The notes below the pieces were generated by a model. The model was not told where the DNA came from. It did not search any database and saw only the letters and a list, made by a program, of their open reading frames with translations. Source: Balamuthia mandrillaris (lineage: Eukaryota). From it: a stretch of 64,000 nucleotides of DNA. The DNA lies in contig JAVKOQ020000051.1 of assembly GCA_031835245.2 (NCBI GenBank), forward strand, positions 124,001-188,000. The letters run 5' to 3'. A program made the position numbers and the translations under genes. Positions 59,824 through 64,000 of this stretch are shown here, piece after piece (the stretch's first letter is position 1; every line of letters begins with the position of its first letter).

Positions 59824-61293
59824 ATGCAACGCCACACGGATGATGGCCCCCTGCGTGCCTACACCGTGCAAGGCGTAACCTACACAGGACATTCCGCCGC
59901 CGCCGCCAGAAAACCAGCCGCCGCTTTCGTCCTCCGCAACGCTGACCCCTTCGAGTTTCGTGACGCGGACGCCTTCGGTTGGGTCGATAACGACTCCCCT
60001 TGGGCTCTGATCAGGAAGGCGAGAGGGAACTGGGAGGGCCTACGCAAGAAGAGAGAGGAGAGAAAAAAGCAACTGGAAGACATAGAAGAAGAGGAGGAAG
60101 ACGAAGCAAATGGAAAAACAAAAGCAGAAGAGAAAGCGGTGCAAGAACAAGACGAAGATGAGGACGAGACCGCCTCAAACAACTTTGACGACGAAGAAGT
60201 AGCAAGAGCGTTGGATGAACTGGAAGAAGAAGAAGAAAAGGAGAACAAGAAACAAACAGAGACTCGCGAGGCACCACTGCACTACGCTTTTCGTGATGAG
60301 CAACAACAAAGTGGCACCACTCAGCTGACACCCTTTCGGCGGAGGATCATCGCCAAAGTGGCTAAACCGCCTGCTGCTACAGATTCAGGCAGCAGCAGCA
60401 ACGATGATCCTTGTCAGTGGCGCTCCGTTAGAAAAAACAAAAACAACAAGCGAAAACGTGATACCAGTTCGAGAAGACGGCAGGAAGCACGTTTTAACAA
60501 CTCATTTCTGGACGCAACCACCATGGAAGTGGTACAACAAGAGGAGGAAGAGGAGAAGGCAACATCGCCGCGGTGCTCTCCCAAACGGTTCAAGAAGGAC
60601 AAACGGACGATGCAGCAAAAGAACATTGTTTGTACATTTGTTTCTGCTCAAGGTGACTACCCAACCCCCCCTTCATCCTCTGCCTCCCCATCCTCTTCAA
60701 TCTCATCTTCTTCACGAGATGTTATCACTCCAGCCGATGGCGGGGATGACGTGGCCATTACTTTCTATCGTTCTGCTTCTCCTTCGGCATCTCCCCCTCT
60801 TCCCACGACTCCCGAGCGACCAACCTCCAAATTGGAAGCCTCCCGTTTCATTGTACCAACGCCCTTGTCATCACCTTCTCCAGCAGCCTCTGTTCCCTGC
60901 TCTCCCTCCAAACCTTTTCCCTCTTCTCATTCCCGGTCTCCTATTCCATGTTCTCCTTCTCCCTCGTCCAACAAATCCTTCCTTTCACCTTCGTCTTCTT
61001 CGCCTTCTCCTTCCCACAAACCAATTCTTCCTTCTCCTGCTACATCGTCATCCACTTCACTTTCTTCTCCAGCTGGCCTACGGGAAAGACTTCAAGCCGT
61101 ACACAATAATGATAGTGATATCACCTCACCTCCAAAGCAAATGGAAAGAGCTCGCGATCTCAGCTCTCGCACGCAACGCGAGTTGGAGCGGTTTAGGGAG
61201 ATGCAACGAAGTAATGTGCGAAAGTTCCAGAATAAGGTCAAACAAGAGGCTGAAACCTTTCTCAAGGCTCGAAAGCAATTGTTTTCTGAGTAA
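59824..61293 (+). CDS. Low-complexity acidic and Ser/Pro-rich protein, function unknown
   Basis: Long intronless ORF; first ATG at 59824. Confidence 0.6.
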   Translation: MQRHTDDGPLRAYTVQGVTYTGHSAAAARKPAAAFVLRNADPFEFRDADAFGWVDNDSPWALIRKARGNWEGLRKKREERKKQLEDIEEEEEDEANGKTKAEEKAVQEQDEDEDETASNNFDDEEVARALDELEEEEEKENKKQTETREAPLHYAFRDEQQQSGTTQLTPFRRRIIAKVAKPPAATDSGSSSNDDPCQWRSVRKNKNNKRKRDTSSRRRQEARFNNSFLDATTMEVVQQEEEEEKATSPRCSPKRFKKDKRTMQQKNIVCTFVSAQGDYPTPPSSSASPSSSISSSSRDVITPADGGDDVAITFYRSASPSASPPLPTTPERPTSKLEASRFIVPTPLSSPSPAASVPCSPSKPFPSSHSRSPIPCSPSPSSNKSFLSPSSSSPSPSHKPILPSPATSSSTSLSSPAGLRERLQAVHNNDSDITSPPKQMERARDLSSRTQRELERFREMQRSNVRKFQNKVKQEAETFLKARKQLFSE

Positions 61294-61313
61294 ATTGTGT
61301 ACACAAAAGCATC

Positions 61314-62581
61314 TTATTCCTGCTTTCCTTGTTGAAAAACCATTCCTGAATGTACTTTTGGTGGTGTCTTTTGTGTTGGATGTTTCCATAAACCTTTTTT
61401 GTTTCGTTGAACGAAAAGAGTGAAACAAAGAAGAAGGAGAAGGAGGAGGAGGAGGAGGAGAAGAAGAAGAAGAAAAACAAGAAGAAGAAAAAGGAGAACA
61501 AGAAGCAGAACAAGAAGAAGGGCAAACTGAAAGAAGGAAGGAGAAGTAGACAAGAAGGCATACCCATGTGAGCGTAGTGGTCAGAGGCCAAAGGCGTATC
61601 GCTAGTATCGAGTTTAACCCAAACTGTTCCATCCTCAACCTTAAAATGGATGAGTGAACGAAAAGATGAATGGAAGAACGAAGGAAAGTACCTTGACATG
61701 ATGAACCCGTTGTTTAACCCCTTTGGAGGAACAACCATCAGCCTTTTTGAGCAAACCCTCTCCAGTTGACATATCTATTCGGTATCTGCATGTTTTTAAA
61801 TGTTAAAAGAAAGAAGAAAGACGAAAGGAGAAAGAAGAACGAACGCACTTATGCCAAGGACACACAATACAAAGGTGACCATCCAGCTCTTCAATGTCGC
61901 CTTCTATCAACGGCCCGCCAAAGTCTATTGTGTTATTATTTCCAAGAGAACAGAAAGAAGTGAGGGGGGGGAGAGAGAGAGAGAGAGAGGAGAAGAAAGA
62001 AACGACAAGAAACAACAAGAAAGAGAGAATGAATAAAAGAAAGAGAACGAAAAAGAGAAGACAACAATATGTAATGTTACACATAAGTAAGCCAAAAAAA
62101 AAGGTGAAATGCATACGGTAGCAAACAGCGTCCATGGAGTAGTAGTCTCCCCTCTCAAAGCATACTAGCACATCCCGGCCATGAACAGGAAGACGCTTTC
62201 TCCGCCCTACAGCCTCCTGTATCTCCGCTTCCGTGCCAACGCGCACCCACTGTTCCACGCTTGCTTCATCTCTTTGTCCTATATTTTTTTTAACATTTAA
62301 GAGAGAGAGAAAGAGAGAGAAAGCAACAAGAAAGTACTTTTGACAACTTCGTAAGTATGGGAAGCATCAAAAACGAAATTGTAGCTGCCAGAGGCGTCGG
62401 CCTCGATGGGCTGGGCTTCCTCGGACAGATGGGAGTCCCGAAGATAAAAGTCGTTCATGGCGGACATCAAAGAGAGTTTCTTCTCGTTCACATCGGAGCG
62501 CCTCAGTTGAAAGGAGCGTTGCCCGTGCGAATCTGCACGAGCAAAGAAATGGATCCGATCACTTGCATTCGGCGCATTCAT
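61314..62581 (-). CDS. Rieske [2Fe-2S] domain protein (RFESD-like), multi-exon
   Basis: MDAVCY-H-FGGPLIEGDIEE, CIVCPWHKYRID..TGEGL, SKGVKQRVH, LASDHYA. Linkage of the first exon (from 62581) is inferred. Confidence 0.8.
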
Positions 62582-62927
62582 TCTTTTCTTTTGCTTGTTG
62601 CAACGCTATAGCACATCACGTCGTCGCGAAATCCTTAAAAAATTGAAGATTATCGTCGATCACGTCGTCGTGGAGTTTTGGAATAAATGTCGACAACTGC
62701 CGTTATCCTTAAAAGAATAAATGTGGACATTTTTTACCTGAAAAAATAACGACGGTTCGTCGAACGTTACCTTTTTTTGATTTGTTCAATCTCCTTTGGC
62801 GCAAAACAATGCATTGGATCGACCGATACCATTGTCTTTTTTGTCCGCGATTTCTGCCACCACTTGGCAAAGGAGTCTAAGTTATTGGGAGTTGGAGGAA
62901 GGCAACAAAAAGACAGCAGCAGAAGGA

Positions 62928-64000
62928 ATGAATAACACCGACTCTATCCGTGAGGCAGACGAATTGTTGGAAGCTCTGTTGAAGGATTATCAAGAGCCTG
63001 CAGCTGCGACACCACCAGTGAGACAGTTCAACGCCCCCTTTCGCAGTCCCTCCTCCCCCTCCTCCTCTATGTCTTCTCTCCCTGCTTTCCAACAGCAACA
63101 ACAACCTCAGCAGAACACTGCCTCCACCTTACCAAAACAGACGACACAAGCACCTCCCAGCCCAGCTTCGTCTCTCCCCCCTGCCACCAAAGATCCAGCA
63201 CCTGCTCAGGAAGAGAGTGACGACGAAGATGAGTCCAAGGATGACAGCGAGGACGAAAACAAAAAGGAGCAGAGCAGCAGGAACAGTCCATCTCCTTCAA
63301 AGAAAAAACGAAGCTCCGCGGTGTCCAGCGTGAAAAAGAGTTTGACGCTTAGAAGAAAGAAAAAGTCAAAAGAAAAAGAGGGGGACTCAAGCGAAGAGGA
63401 CTCACCAAAAAGAGAGGAAGAATTGAAGAGGAGTGGCACCTTGAGAAATGCAAACCAAAGCAGCGGTCTGCAGCAACAAAAGAGTAGCTCTGGCAAGAGT
63501 AGTGCTGACTCTTCTGAAGGAATCGAGGTGGAAAGCAGCTTCATCCAAGGTTTGTTTTTCTCTTGCGTCCACTGTCTCCATTTCTAAAGCCTCTGTTTCC
63601 GCATCCATCTGCAGCGAGTGACAGGAGCAGGTTTGCTCAAAGCCCGGTGATGAGAGAGGCGAGGCTGGCGGTGATGAGCATGCGCAAGCTCGAAGCTTGC
63701 GCGCATGACAGCAATGTGGGTATAGAAGACTTTTTGGTGGCGGCTAGACAAACTGTCGGATCTTTCACGGTCCTCTTTGAGAAGTTGACCAACCAAGGCA
63801 GGGAAGACCTTATCAGCACCCTTAAAATGTGCAGTGTAAGTTCTTTTCTCCCCACTGTTATTGTTCTTTCACTAAGCTTCTTCCGCCAACTTCCTCAAAC
63901 TTCTTCTTTGTTGAGGTTCTTCTCGTTCTTCTTCTTCAAATTCTTACGCCGCTTCTTCTTTTCTCGTTATCCCTTCTGCTTCTCATCTCCGCTTCCGTTG
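62928..64000 (+). CDS. 5' part of a multi-exon gene of unknown function, running off the window
   Basis: ATG at 62928, low-complexity exon 1, phase-compatible exon at about 63614-63836 ending in GTAAG. Confidence 0.55.

Overview
Gene-dense (~30 genes in 64 kb), intron-containing eukaryotic DNA in the standard genetic code, with short GT-AG introns often filled with pyrimidine microsatellites. Gene content (RasGEFs, receptor tyrosine kinase, GCPW-type ankyrins, several F-box fusions, LYS1) suggests a free-living amoebozoan, Acanthamoeba/Balamuthia-like; this is inference only. All gene models were spliced by eye, so boundaries need RNA-seq confirmation. Housekeeping-type genes: NADAR, NAPRT, ESF2/ABT1, LYS1, Hsp20, SNAP25-like SNARE, SDR, NudC, CBS protein, CHID1, two ATG27/M6PR-like paralogs, Rieske protein, tRNA-Lys(CUU). 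Main observations: (1) two F-box motifs fused to a full-length, highly diverged beta-tubulin fold that has lost the GGGTGSG motif (40213-42899); (2) an RCC1-BTB-filamin protein whose N-terminus resembles the histone H3 tail with K9 replaced by V (16723); (3) a 234-bp TG...CA element with a 4-bp target-site duplication inside an ankyrin ORF that could be spliced out in frame; (4) a palindromic TGTCGACA motif found repeatedly in promoter regions; (5) a five-gene tandem array of claudin/amastin-like tetraspan proteins with a readable duplication breakpoint.
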